Of a stretch of 64,000 bases of DNA, positions 1 through 12,846 are shown one piece after another. Each line of letters begins with the position of its first letter. Within the stretch, counting starts at the first letter, position 1. Under the pieces are notes generated by a model. That model made no database searches. It was not told where the DNA came from and saw only the letters and a program-made list of their open reading frames with translations. The DNA is from Eledone cirrhosa. Taxonomy: Eukaryota. The stretch is taken from contig OZ024740.1 of NCBI GenBank assembly GCA_964016885.1, positions 276,272,001 to 276,336,000 on the forward strand, in the 5' to 3' direction. The translations under genes and the position numbers were made by a program.

Positions 1-240
1 ACTTGTAGAAATCTTATAATGAAACGAGTCGTCTGGGAAGTGATATATTTGATATATCTCATATGAAACGATACAGCCAATTCTCCACACAATACAATAT
101 AGTTAACACCCTGAACGTTTAATTAGGAATATACTCAGATATTTCCTAAATGTTTGTTGAGTGAGTTGGAATTTGGCCGGAGTATCGCTATTAGCCTTCT
201 CCGTTTATGTATTTATATTAATATATATATATATATATAC

Positions 241-417
241 GTACGTTATTCCGGGTTGAATCGGAGGTAACCACAGTAAGTAAGGTACTCAATACATTGC
301 AGAGTATAAAAGTTTTAATATAGATGAGATTCTACAGGACTAGAACTGTTTCATTCTTTAGAAATCATCTAAAGAATGAAACAGTTCTAGTCCTGTAGAA
401 TCTCATCTATATTAAAA

Positions 418-420
<3 letters not shown>
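241..420 (-). mobile_element. fold-back element in (TA)n: 53-bp perfect arms (310-362/368-420) plus one-sided tail (241-309)
   Basis: Direct reverse-complement match with 5-nt loop AATCA. The minus strand carries a truncated HHR (GAUGA..GAAACAGUU) at the turn. Confidence 0.8.
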
Positions 421-466
<46 letters not shown>

Positions 467-479
467 TTTGAAATGTTTG

Positions 480-521
<42 letters not shown>

Positions 522-949
522 AACATTTCAAAATGTCCTATATTTGAAGATCTAGTTACCTTAATAGTGTAGGAGTATGTATATGCATATATATGTGTAA
601 TTATGTAGACATGAGACCATGTCTCAGTTTTAATGATGATCCCATGAAGTTTTTAAGTTATTAGTTTTTTATTTTATTACACTGTTGAAACAGATCTACA
701 AAAATGCTTCTAAATCTGAATTTTCGTGACTGATAATTAAGACTTTATGTATAGGATTGTCAGTATTTACGTTCTTTTTGTATTTGGTATGTTAACTAAC
801 TAACATTACGATTAAAATTTGATATTAGTAGTAAATTATGATATTCTTGGAATCTAAACTAAAACAGTCTGTATGCTATCTATACAGGCTGTGATATCAT
901 TGTTATACTAATGCCTTCAGCATGCTTGCATGGGATTGAGAGTATTTAA

Positions 950-1159
950 CCCTTTAGTGTTCAAACCGGCCAGAATTCTCTACCTCTTTCTGTTGAAACT
1001 GGCTGTAACTGGTCGCTCAAACTGATAAAGTATTGTTCTAAAAATAAATACTTTCAAAATCTCATAGATTTGATATTATGTGAAAATAATTATCTGAGGT
1101 AAAGCCTTTACCATGAAAATATAATAGTATATATATAGAGTAATGTGAATGCTAAAGGG
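950..1159. mobile_element. piggyBac-like MITE; copies at 25778-26142 and 56928-57138
   Basis: TTAA|CCCTTTAG...CTAAAGGG|TTAA. Internal sequence shared by the three copies. Confidence 0.8.
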
Positions 1160-1866
1160 TTAAGGTGACTGACTGGGTAGAAGTACAGGACAGTTTATAC
1201 AGCACACCCCTTAATTATATGTCTGAAGCACACTTCTCAGTTATGAACAGATGTTTGAAGACTTGAATTTACTTACTGAAGATTTGGATTTACTTCTTAT
1301 ATATAATTGTTTCTACTTTTGGCACAAGGCCAGCAATTATGCCAGTGCATTACTGGTACTTTATTTTATCGACCCTGTAAGGATGAAAGGTAAAGTTAAC
1401 ATATATAATATTATATATTTATCATAAACAAAATTGTCCTTGCAGGCAAGGAAAACAGAAGTTGAATGATGGTGATGATGATGATGATGATAATAACTTT
1501 ATGTTCTTATTTTAACCCATTTTTTACCATATTTTTAATTAAAGACACGGCCCATAATTTTCAAAGCATTTTGAATATATTCAAGAATTTGGAGAGATTT
1601 AGTTAAAATAACTGTCTTGTTATTAAGCTGGTATTTAGGGCATAACTTAAAAAAGATTCTTACATGAAACTATTATGTAAGGGTTTAGATAAATGTAAAC
1701 AGTTAAAAAAAATAGCTTACTATTGTAAAACCAGGGTTGGTTTCAGATAGTTTGGTATCAATAAGATTAATGTATATGAAATGATTTGATATACGAGAGA
1801 CATATATCCCTTTATACTCACTTTGTTTAATTTCCTTTATCAAATGTTCTTATTGTTTAATCCTAG

Positions 1867-1904
1867 ACACCAGATGAGAGACAGTGGCACAGCAAGGCCA
1901 CTTG
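1867..1904 (+). other. candidate small upstream exon
   Basis: ttattgtttaatcctAG| ... cttG|GTATGG flanking a short GC-richer island. Splice signals only. Confidence 0.25.
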
Positions 1905-3489
1905 GTATGGGTCTACGATTTTGAAGGGAGGGCAGGTGGTTATTTTTCTCAAGTTCTGTTTCGTTTTTACTCTATTCTGTTTCATGTAAGCATATCAGGT
2001 ATGCTACAAATCCATGTATATACCCATAATCTATGACTAAGTCATATATATTGGGCAATGATTACTAAAATACTTAATGAGCAGTTTGAAATGGCGCATA
2101 CATTTCACATAAGCATTGTATGGCTATGGTCCTGGATTAGATCTAATACAACATTAGATGCAATACAACCTTAAATGTAAGGCATTTTAGCCATGACCAC
2201 TAACACAATCCTTTTTTAAATTATTATTCTAGGATTACATTACCCAATAGTCCACCATAAAAAGTATGATAGTTTTAAAAATTATAATCCTTCTCAACGG
2301 CCTCACTAGCCCGATTAACACATTCTCAATAATAAACCGCTTCATACCATTCCTAAGAACTTTTTATTCTATTCTTTGTAAACAGTGTATCAAATTTATA
2401 CATGGCTACTGAAATAAATGATTTAAAAAAAAAATGTTTTTTTTTTAATGATGAGACAGTATGTGTGATATAAGGGTTATTTAGGTGATATAAGGATTAT
2501 TTAGGTGCTATTTTTCAAATATAAGTATTCATCATTGGCTTATCTTTTATTAATTTTTTTGTTTTTACTTTACGTATTAATAGTTTCTGATTTAGGCACA
2601 AGACCAGCTATTTTGGGGAGAGGAGAAAGTTGACTAATAAAGCCTAGTGTGTTACTGGTACTTTATTTTATTGACCCCATAAGGATGAAAGGCAAAGCTA
2701 ACTTCTGTTGGATTTGAACTCAGAACATAAAGGGATATAACTATATGCCACAAAGCATGTCCGACGCTCTACCGAGACTGTCAATCCACCGCGCTTACTT
2801 TGCATACAAATACCATCAGTATTAAATCATCGACTAGTACGGAAGTCACTCGCAATCGACTGACTTTGTTGTGTGAACCATGCATTGCTAGGGATTTTAA
2901 GTGCGTATAAAGTCATAAGCAGACCCAGACCCCCTTTCAATCATCCCTCACATGATCGAATGGAACATTCAGGATGTGGGGAAGTGGGAGCTGGACCGTA
3001 AGAGGGTTGCACCAGAAATGGGCTGCTTACTTTCTTTATCGACTGAAAGAAAACAAAGTGGACCTCAGTGGAATTTAAATTCTTTGAATTCTGAACGTGG
3101 AGACACAGAATAAATATTCGATACTCTACCGACTTTCCCGAATCCAGCACTACAAAATAACTTAATGAAGGAGGCAACAAATAGACAAATAGAATAAACT
3201 AAAACATAGTTTTCTCTGTTTCGTTAATTATATGTGACATTAATTATGTGACAGAAAAGCCACTTGCTCCCTCTCGCTTTTTATCTCAGTCTTTCACAAG
3301 TTTTCTTCCCCTCTCTTATTGTTTGTTAGCCGCTATTCTCTCTCTCTCCCTCACACTCATGTCTCTCCTCCTTTATCTTCAATGACTTTTCTCTCTCTCC
3401 CTCTCTCTCTCCTTCACATGACTCCCTTGTTTATCTTCAGTGACTTCTCTCTCGCTCTCTCTCTCTCTCTCATGTCTCTCCTCCTCCTT

Positions 3490-3501
3490 TATCTTCAATG
3501 A

Positions 3502-3544
<43 letters not shown>

Positions 3545-4489
3545 TGTCTCTCACCCTCTATCTTCAGTAACTTCCCTCTCTCCTTCAAACTCTTGTCTCC
3601 CCCTTTATCTTCAGTTCTCTCTCCCTCTCACACACCCACTCTTTCTCTCTCACACACCCACTCCCTCTCCCTCTCACACACCCACTCCCTCTCCCTCTCA
3701 CACACCCACTCCCTCTCCCTCTCACACACCCACTCTCTCTCTCCCTCTCACACTCCCTCTCCCTCTCACACACCCACTCCCTCTCCCTCTCACACACCCA
3801 CTCTCCCTCTCTCACACACCCACTCCCTCTCCCTCTCACACACCCACTCTCCCTCTCTCACACACCCACTCTCTCTCCCTCTCACACACCCACTCTCTCT
3901 CCCTCTCACACACCCACCCTCCCTCTCTCACACACCCACTCTCTCTCCCTCTCACACACACCCACTCTCTCTCCCTCTCACACACCCACTCCCTCTCTCA
4001 CACACCCACTCCCTCTCTCACACACCCACTCTTTCTCCCTCTCACACACCCACTCTCTCTCTCTCTCTCTCACACACCCACTCTCTCTCACACACCCACT
4101 CTCTCTCTCACACACCCACTATTTCTCTCTCACACACCCACTATTTCTCTCTCACACACCCACTCTCTCTCTCTCACACACCCACTCTCTCTCTCTCACA
4201 CACCCACTCTCTCTCTCTCACACACCCACTCTCTCTCTCTCACACACCCACTCTCTCTCTCTCTCAAACACCCACTCTCTCTCTCTCTCAAACACCCACT
4301 CTCTCTCACACAACCACTCTCTCTCTCACATACCCACTCTCTCTCACACACCCACACTCTCTCTCCCGCTCACACACCCTCTCTCTCTCTCTCACACAAC
4401 CATTCTCTCTCCCTCTCACATACCCACACTCTCTCACACACATACCCACTCTCTCTCTCTCACACACACCCACACTCTCTCTCACACAA

Positions 4490-4535
<46 letters not shown>

Positions 4536-4542
4536 ACACACA
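3490..4542. repeat. compound (CT)n/(CA)n minisatellite, unit ~CCCACTC(TC)nACACA
   Basis: Direct inspection. The plus strand is almost free of G. Confidence 0.95.
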
Positions 4543-4639
4543 TTCAGTTGATTCCTTCCATCATGCTATCTGCTTTTCTCTCCTCTACATTTATTTGATA
4601 TTTCATTCTGGTACCTAATGGGGGAGGGGTATGTACATA

Positions 4640-5050
4640 CACATGCCCACACACGAACACATACGCCTACACATGCTCACACACGAACACACACCTACAC
4701 ATACGCATGCTCACATACGAACACATACGCCTACACATACGCCTACGCATACGCATGCTCACACACGAACACATACGCCTACACATACGCATGCCCACAC
4801 ACGAACACATACGCCTACACATACGCATGCTCACACACGAACACATACGCCTACACATACGCATGCTCACACACGAACACATACGCCTACACATATGCCA
4901 ACACATACACATGCCCACACTCCAACACATACGCATGCTCACACACGAACACATACGCCTACACCTATGCCAACACATACACATGCCCACACTTGAACAC
5001 ATACGCCTACACATACACCGACACCAACACATACACATGCACACACATAT
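4640..5050. repeat. 36-bp minisatellite ACACATACGCATGCTCACACACGAACACATACGCCT
   Basis: Direct inspection. Confidence 0.9.
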
Positions 5051-5117
5051 ACGAACTCATGCACACACAAACAAATACTCATGCACATTCACACACCTAC
5101 CTACCTTATTTTGTAAC

Positions 5118-5122
5118 ATATA

Positions 5123-5171
<49 letters not shown>

Positions 5172-5404
5172 ATATATATATATATATATAATGTATATAT
5201 ATGTAAAAATATATATGTATATATATGTGAATATATATATGTGAATATATATATATATATGTATATATATGTGAATATATATATATATATATGTATATAT
5301 ATGTGAATATATATATATATATGTATATATATGTGAATATATATATATATATGTATATATATATATGTATATATATATATGTGAATATATATATATATAT
5401 GTGA

Positions 5405-5436
<32 letters not shown>

Positions 5437-5844
5437 GTATATATATATATGTATATATATATATATGTATATATATATATGTGAATATATATATATATGT
5501 ATATATATATATATGTATATATATGTGAATATATATATATATATATAGGTATATATATGTGAATATATATATATGTATATATATGTGAATATATATATAT
5601 GTATATATATGTGAATATATATATATGTATATATATGTGAATATATATATGTATATATATGTGAATATATATATATGTATATATATGTGAATATATATAT
5701 ATGTATATATATGTGAATATATATATATATATATATATGTGAATATATATATATATATATGTGAATATATATGTATATATATATATATATGTATATATAT
5801 ATGTGAATATGTATATATATATATATATGTATATATATATGTGA

Positions 5845-5878
<34 letters not shown>

Positions 5879-5882
5879 GTGA

Positions 5883-5918
<36 letters not shown>

Positions 5919-5998
5919 GTGAATATGTATATATATATATATATGTATATATATATGTGAATATGTATATATATATATATATGTATATATATATGTGA

Positions 5999-6032
<34 letters not shown>

Positions 6033-6036
6033 GTGA

Positions 6037-6070
<34 letters not shown>

Positions 6071-6075
6071 GTGAA

Positions 6076-6110
<35 letters not shown>

Positions 6111-6635
6111 GTGAATATATATGTGAATATATATATATATATATATGTATATATATGTGAATATATATATATATTATATATATATATATATATGAATATA
6201 TATGTGAATATATATATGTATATGTATATATATGTGAATATATATATATATTATATATATATATATATATGTATATATATGTGAATATATATATATATAT
6301 GTATATATATGTGAATATATATATATATGTATATATATGTGAATATATATATATATGTATATATATGTGAATATATATATGTATATATATGTGAATATAT
6401 ATATATATGTATATATATGTGAATATATATATATATGTATATATATGTGAATATATATATGTATATATATGTGAATATATATATATATATATGTATATAT
6501 ATGTGAATATATATATATATATGTATATATATGTGAATATATATATATATGTATATATATGTGAAAATATATATATATATATATGTATATATATGTGAAT
6601 ATATGTATATATATGTGAATATATGTATATACATG

Positions 6636-6672
<37 letters not shown>

Positions 6673-6702
6673 GTATATATATGTGAATATATATATATAT
6701 AT
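5118..6702. repeat. (TA)n array punctuated by alternating GTGA and GT
   Basis: Direct inspection. Confidence 0.95.
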
Positions 6703-6973
6703 GCAAGCATGGAAAAGCAGACGTATGATGATGATGATGATATATAAAAATATATATATATACATGTTTGAGATATTGTTAAGATGAAAAATATACTTTG
6801 ATATATTTTTTCCATTTTCTTTTTCCTGATATCTGATATGTAATTGTTGTGCTCTTTTCAACCTTCGTTTACTCTCTTCCCCCTTTCCGTATTGTTCTAT
6901 CACTCCCTCTCCTTCTCCCTCTCTCAATCATACACATATACATAGAGACACAAACACATACACACGCATACAT

Positions 6974-7009
<36 letters not shown>

Positions 7010-7391
7010 TCCATACTTCATTATTAAGTAAAAGATAATTTACTGGTAGCTCCTAGCTGTTTCTCTTACAATCCTTTTTGTCACAGCAGTATAGTGTCCG
7101 AAGACATCATATTCATCATTGCCGCCATCACCATCGTCTCCCTCGTCACCTTCATCACTTTCTCACCATCTCCACTTCCATTAGCTTTATACTTTGCTTG
7201 TTTACATTATCTGTTTCAAGAAAATGTCTTGAAGCCTTTGCTGCATATTCTTGTTAATAGCATTGACTGCTGACTTGACAACAACTGTCACTCATGCCAA
7301 CCACATTCCATGGTCCATCATGTCGCATATTTTATACTAGATAATATTTTTCTTTCCCCAAAGGGTTGCAAGGTTGAGCCACTGTATGTTT

Positions 7392-7437
<46 letters not shown>

Positions 7438-7502
7438 AGTGAATTACATTGTATATAATTAATATAGGTAGCATGTGTGTTTCTCTGTGAATGTGTGTTT
7501 TT

Positions 7503-7539
<37 letters not shown>

Positions 7540-7624
7540 ATAGATATATATATATATATACACACGCATACACACATATCTAACCCATGCTAGCGTGGAA
7601 AAATGGATGGTAAATGATGATGTT

Positions 7625-7808
7625 GTGAATTGGCAGTATCGGTAGAGGGTTGGACGCCATGCTTTCTAGCATAGTTACGTCCCTTTACGTTCTGAGTTCA
7701 AATCCCGCCGAGGTTAACTTTGCTTTCATCCTTACGGGGGTCGATAAAATAAAGTACCAGTAATATACTGGGTAATTGCTGGCCTTGTGCCAAAAGTAGA
7801 AACAGTTA
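7625..7808 (+). mobile_element. tRNA-derived SINE family A; other copies ~1305-1400, 2580-2790, 13970-14390, 14710-14900, 19015-19146, 22797-22890, 26480-26810, 30735-30935, 55612-55706, 58532-58810
   Basis: TGGCAGTATCGGTAGAG A-box-like, GAGTTCAAATC B box, core TTTGCCTTTCATCCTTACGGGGTCGATAAAATAAAGTACCAG, (ATT)n tail. Confidence 0.88.
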
Positions 7809-7863
7809 TATATATATATATACGATATTAAACAAATGGAAACTATATTTATAAAACCATATT

Positions 7864-7929
7864 TATTTCATTATACATATTTCAGGGATACCATATTAAA
7901 AATATGGCATGCCTTCGTCAGATAAAATA
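7864..7929 (-). ncRNA. minimal hammerhead ribozyme (family H1)
   Basis: UAUUUUAU CUGACGA AGG-C-AUGCCAUAUU UUU AAUAUGGUAU-C-CCU GAAA UAUGU AUA AUGAAAUA. Full core, 8-bp stem I, long stem II. Confidence 0.85.
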
Positions 7930-8010
7930 CAATATATAACCAGTTTTATAAATAATTTTGACGTACCATAAATATAGCGACCATTAGATATATATATATA
8001 TATATATATA

Positions 8011-8320
8011 TCATCATCTTCGTTTAACGTCCATCTTCCACGCTAGCATGAGTTAGACAGGAGTTGTCCCACTTGAGGCAAGGTTCGTCGGGTGACCGTG
8101 TTTCACTCATATAGGACTATCTGGCAGGTTTTCTACGACTGGATGCCCTTCCTAACACCAACCACATTTAGTGTGGACTGGGAACTTTTTACCGTGTTCC
8201 CTACACGGCCACATTACAGCGGATTGGGGTGTATATTTGGTTAGGGGGTACTTACTGACTGTAGGTTTCGCTTTGTACATAGGCAAGGCAGGTCTTCTAT
8301 ATTACTGCGTAGCGCCAAAG
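8011..8320 (-). mobile_element. 5'-truncated copy of the RTE 3'UTR family; further copies ~12860-13138, 14912-15067, 21035-21256, 25796-25941, 36815-36965, 39068-39140, 56321-56560, 57461-57672
   Basis: Matches 35095-35523, including the ORF end and GTTAGGAAGGGCATCCAG. (CAT)n tail. Confidence 0.8.
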
Positions 8321-8363
<43 letters not shown>

Positions 8364-8839
8364 TGTTAGATTCTTCTATTATATAATGATATATATGATA
8401 CATTGGTATTAGGTCGTAAAGTATGAAATTTGTAGAAATTTGTTTTGTTCTCTATAAGTTTCTACAAATTTCATGCTTGATACCCAATAAAACACTATCT
8501 GATTTAGAAGTGTTACATTGAGTAGAGCCAAATGGTTTTATTTTATATGTTTAAGTAGGATAATTGTTTGTAAGTTTGGCTTTAATGCAAACTCCATTGA
8601 GTGTTAGCAGGGCCTGCATTAAGAATATATGAATATATGTACACACATGAACACACACTCATATGTATATATATATATAATGTATATATATATATTGTTA
8701 TGGTTTGGGAGGGTCATGTTGCCAATAAGAAACACACGCACCAGTTACTTTCACTCCAATTTATTATAAATTAAATTTATAAATTTATAAATTTCGGGTT
8801 GGTTGGTCGGTTCCACAACCGGACGGTTGTTCATATATT

Positions 8840-8882
8840 GTCAAAGTTCTTTCGTCACACATTCTGTGACCTCTTCAGTGAC
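8840..8882 (-). ncRNA. minimal hammerhead ribozyme (family H3)
   Basis: GUCA CUGAAGA G GUCACA GAAUG UGUGAC GAAA GAA CUU UGAC. Confidence 0.75.
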
Positions 8883-9070
8883 TGGGGATTCTTTTCTTTG
8901 TTTTGTGCCTCTCCTTTGTTCTGAGAGGCACAAAACAAAGAAAAGAATCCTCAGAATATTATAACAATATATATATATATATATTTATATATTTGAATAT
9001 ATGTATATGTATATATATATATATAGTGTATTGGTGTGTAATCCTTATTGATGTTTCACCATTTTGGGCA

Positions 9071-10298
9071 CTCAATGCTAACGAGTGGATCCAGATACTG
9101 CATTCTTCACCATATGAGATGTCATCTGGTGTACCACAGGGATCTGTTCTTGGTCCTCTTTTGTTTGTGGCATATATTAATGACATAGATGCCAACTTAC
9201 AGAATGCCACGGTACTAAAATATGCAGATGACATCAAGCTGTACCTTGAAATCAAAAGGACTGATCCTGAAATTTACAACTCTTTCCTACAGTCAGACCT
9301 GGACACAATGCAGCAATGGATCACAGACTGGCAACTGAAGCTGGCTGTGGACAAGTGTACTACCATGCATTTTGGAAGGAAAAATCCAGCTTCCACATAC
9401 TCCCTCCACAACACTGACATCAAAAAGTCCTCTTGTGAACGTGACCTGGGCATTACTGTCAGCAACGATTTGCGTTGGACAAAGCGTGTCTCTAAGATTG
9501 TCAAGAAGGCCGAGGGTGTCTTGGCATCACTCAGCAAGACCTTTGTTAGCCGCTCTCCAGCCATCTATTTAAAACTGTATACAGCTATGGTGCGACCACA
9601 CTTGGAATTCGCATCATCAGTCTGGAATCCCTATCTTGCTCGGAACATTGACCTCCTGGAAACTGTTCAGAGACGTGCAACCAAGCGCATACCCTCCATC
9701 AGACACCTACCATACTCTGAACGCCTTGCTTCCCTGGGCATGGACTTGGTGAATACCCACAAAGTTTTTAACCATCTCGCTAACTGCAATCCTGAGCGCC
9801 TCTTTGATCTCCATGTGTCTAACACACGTGGACATGCCTACAAGATAAGAAAACAGCACAGCTCCCATGACTTTCGCAGACATTTTTTCACGCTCAGAGT
9901 TGCTGAAGCATGGAACAAACTGCCTGCGTCAATTGTTAGCTGCCGAGACACTGCATCCTTTAAGACACTCATGCTTCCCGAAATACGCCAAAACTACACC
10001 TGATGTACCCCTTCCATACACATGCACACATGTGTGTATCATGACTTGTGCACTGTTCATTTTACTGATGTTTGTGCATTGCCCTATGTACTGTACATGC
10101 ACTTTTTTGATGAGTTGTGGTGCACCTGGGCACTGTACACAATATTTCATTATTGTTATTGTTATTATATCATGACTCATACACTGTTCATTTTCCTGAC
10201 ATTTGTACATTATTCTATGTACTATACATGCACCTTTGATGAGTTGTAGTGCACCTGAGCACTGTATACAATAATTTCATTATTATTATTATTATTTA
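9071..10298 (+). mobile_element. 5'-truncated CR1/L2-group LINE (RT C-terminal part + 3'UTR)
   Basis: SGVPQGSVLGPLLF, YADD, LYTAMVRPHLEFASSVWNP, TRGH, FFTLRV..WNKLP motifs. Stop at 10003. 3'UTR has an internal tandem duplication and an (ATT)n tail. The ORF N-terminus in the track is unrelated microsatellite. Confidence 0.92.
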
Positions 10299-10439
10299 TA
10301 TATTTACAAAACTTGTTGAAAATTGATTGATTTTGGTGAATAAATATGTCATCTGTTATTTGAGGCAACAGTTGTATTCATTTAATGCAAACAATTATTT
10401 GGAATAAATAAATAAATAATAAATATATATATAAACATA

Positions 10440-10657
10440 GTAATAATAATAAATTTGAAGACGAAAATCCAAAGAGGGCTCGATAAGGATAAATATATAT
10501 CAAATATATAAGAACCCTAGAGCAAATAGTTATTAAAATAACAGATTAAATTTAAGCAAAGAATCGGTACTTTCACCCTTAAGATGATCTTCAGAAAATC
10601 CCGTTATGGGTGAAAGCAGCGATTCTTTGCTTAAATTTTAATCTGTTATTTTAATAA
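10440..10657 (-). mobile_element. degenerate fold-back element (arms 10530-10578/10608-10657) plus tail
   Basis: Imperfect inverted arms, CTGAAGA...GAAA remnant on the minus strand, (TA)n flanks. Confidence 0.65.
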
Positions 10658-10668
10658 ATATATATATA

Positions 10669-10704
<36 letters not shown>

Positions 10705-10721
10705 TATATAAATATATATGT

Positions 10722-11070
10722 GAAGGTGCATGGTTTAGTGGTTAGAGCATTGGCCTTGCAATCGAAAGGTTGTGAGTTCAATTCTCAGACCGGGTGATAT
10801 GTTGTTTCCTTGAGCAAGACACTTTATTTCAAATTGCTCCAGTTTACTCAGCTGTAGAAATGTGATGATAGGGACTGGGGTCGTGGAGGTGCCATAGTAA
10901 AAATCATGCTGCAAAGTGGACGTGTAGGCACCATGGACAAAAAGCACCCAGCACTCACTGTAAATGAGGTTGGTGTTAGGAAGGGCATCCAGCTGTAGAA
11001 ATCAAGCCAGAATCAGTTCCCGTCCCACCGTTGCAAGCAGGGAAAAGCGGACGTAAAATGATGATGATAA
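10722..11070 (+). mobile_element. tRNA-derived SINE family B with RTE-type tail
   Basis: A box TGGTTTAGTGG, B box GAGTTCAATTC, CCTTGAGCAAGACACTT core, tail GCAAGCAGGGAAAAGCGGACGTAAAATGATGA. Confidence 0.88.
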
Positions 11071-11350
11071 TGACATATATATATATATATAGGCAGGGAA
11101 GGCTGCGGCAGTGCGCGAGCGTTTCAATCATACAACCCTCACCTCCTACAGTAGTAATTTAAGAAACAACTTTGATTGACAGATGGCATATGAAAAGAAC
11201 CAGATAAATGATGGCCATGAGTGGCCAAAAATACCGATGACGTGTACAATTCTTGACCACTCGGCAACAAACAACAACAGGATTTCAGCTGGCGAGTGAA
11301 GGCCGTGTGTGTAACTGGACATTTGGAAACTCTGCTTCAAAGAATCGAGA

Positions 11351-11422
11351 CGTATCTGAGGATCTTGCAATTTCAGAGTCAGGTTCGATCATTGATTGTG
11401 CCTGAGAAACGATTGTAATATG
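11351..11422 (+). ncRNA. hammerhead-like motif with enlarged stem II region
   Basis: CGUAU CUGAGGA [~16 nt] UCAGG...CCUGA GAAA CGAUU GUA AUAUG, within a unique ~380-bp island between (TA)n tracts. Confidence 0.5.
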
Positions 11423-11793
11423 CAATGTCTACTAAATTTTATTTGTCGCGCCACTGACTCTCCGTTCCTTATGTGATATATATATAAATATATATATATA
11501 TATAAATATAAATAAATATATATATATATATATACATATTTATATATTTATATATATATTTATATATATATTTATATATATATTTATAAATATATATATA
11601 TATATAATATTTATATATTTAAATATATATATATAAATATACAAATTAAAATGAAGAATTAGAAATAGAAGCCAGGACTATCCATCATCAGTGGTCTACT
11701 AGCCATAATAGGTTTTTCTTCGCATTAATTCTTCATTTTAATTTGTATATCATTTTTGCAACAACATAGCACGCCATTTTTCATTTATATATA

Positions 11794-11827
<34 letters not shown>

Positions 11828-11871
11828 ATATATATATATATATAAATATATATATAATATATATATATATA

Positions 11872-11903
<32 letters not shown>

Positions 11904-11917
11904 AATATATATATATA

Positions 11918-11948
<31 letters not shown>

Positions 11949-12294
11949 GGAGGCACATGGCTTAGTGGTTAGAGCATTGGCCTTGCAATCGAAAGGTTGT
12001 GAGTTCAATTCTCAGACCGGGTGATGTGTTGTTTCCTTGAGCAAGACACTTTATTTCACATTGCTCCAGTTTACTCAGCTGTAGAAATGAGATGATAGGG
12101 ACTGGGTTCCCTATCATTCCACTGCAAAGTGGACGTGTAGGCGCCACGGCAAAAAAGCACCCGGCACTCACTGTAAATGAGGTTGGTGTTAGGAAGGGCA
12201 TCCAGCTGTAGAAATCAAGCCAAAAATCAGTTCCCGTCCCACCCTTGCAAGCAGGGAAAAGTGGACGTAAAATGAAATGATGATGAAATGATGA
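11949..12294 (+). mobile_element. SINE family B
   Basis: Near-identical to 10722-11070. Confidence 0.88.
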
Positions 12295-12379
12295 TATATA
12301 TATATATATAAATATATATATATAAATATATATATATAAATATATATATATATAAATATATATATACAAATATATATAT

Positions 12380-12410
<31 letters not shown>

Positions 12411-12428
12411 AATATATATATATATATT

Positions 12429-12502
<74 letters not shown>

Positions 12503-12553
12503 AATATATATATATATATTTATATATATATATAAATATATATATATATATTT

Positions 12554-12635
<82 letters not shown>

Positions 12636-12809
12636 AAATATATAAATATATATATCAGATAAAATACAAAATTTGTTTTATAAATGGTGACATACCAAAA
12701 AAACCAGACCTTATCTGTTCAGGTTCAGTATGAAGGTCTGGTTCCTACTGAATCTGAACCGATCAGGTCTGGTTTCTTGAGTATGTCAGCATTTTAAAAA
12801 TAAATTTTG

Positions 12810-12846
12810 TATTTTATCTGATGAGGGCGTACCAAAATTTTGGTAT
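12810..12846 (+). ncRNA. 3'-truncated hammerhead (family H1)
   Basis: UAUUUUAU CUGAUGA GGG-C-GUACCAA AAUU UUGGUAU, then interrupted by an RTE-tail repeat. GAAA missing. Confidence 0.55.

Noticed and set aside
3319-7031. Long ORFs rich in SHTP or YI, and similar ORFs at 23105-23734 and 36221-40339
   Set aside because: Translations of (CT/CA)n and (TA)n repeats.
10722-10795. tRNA genes at SINE heads
   Set aside because: A and B boxes are present but run directly into SINE core and tail, with no complete cloverleaf.
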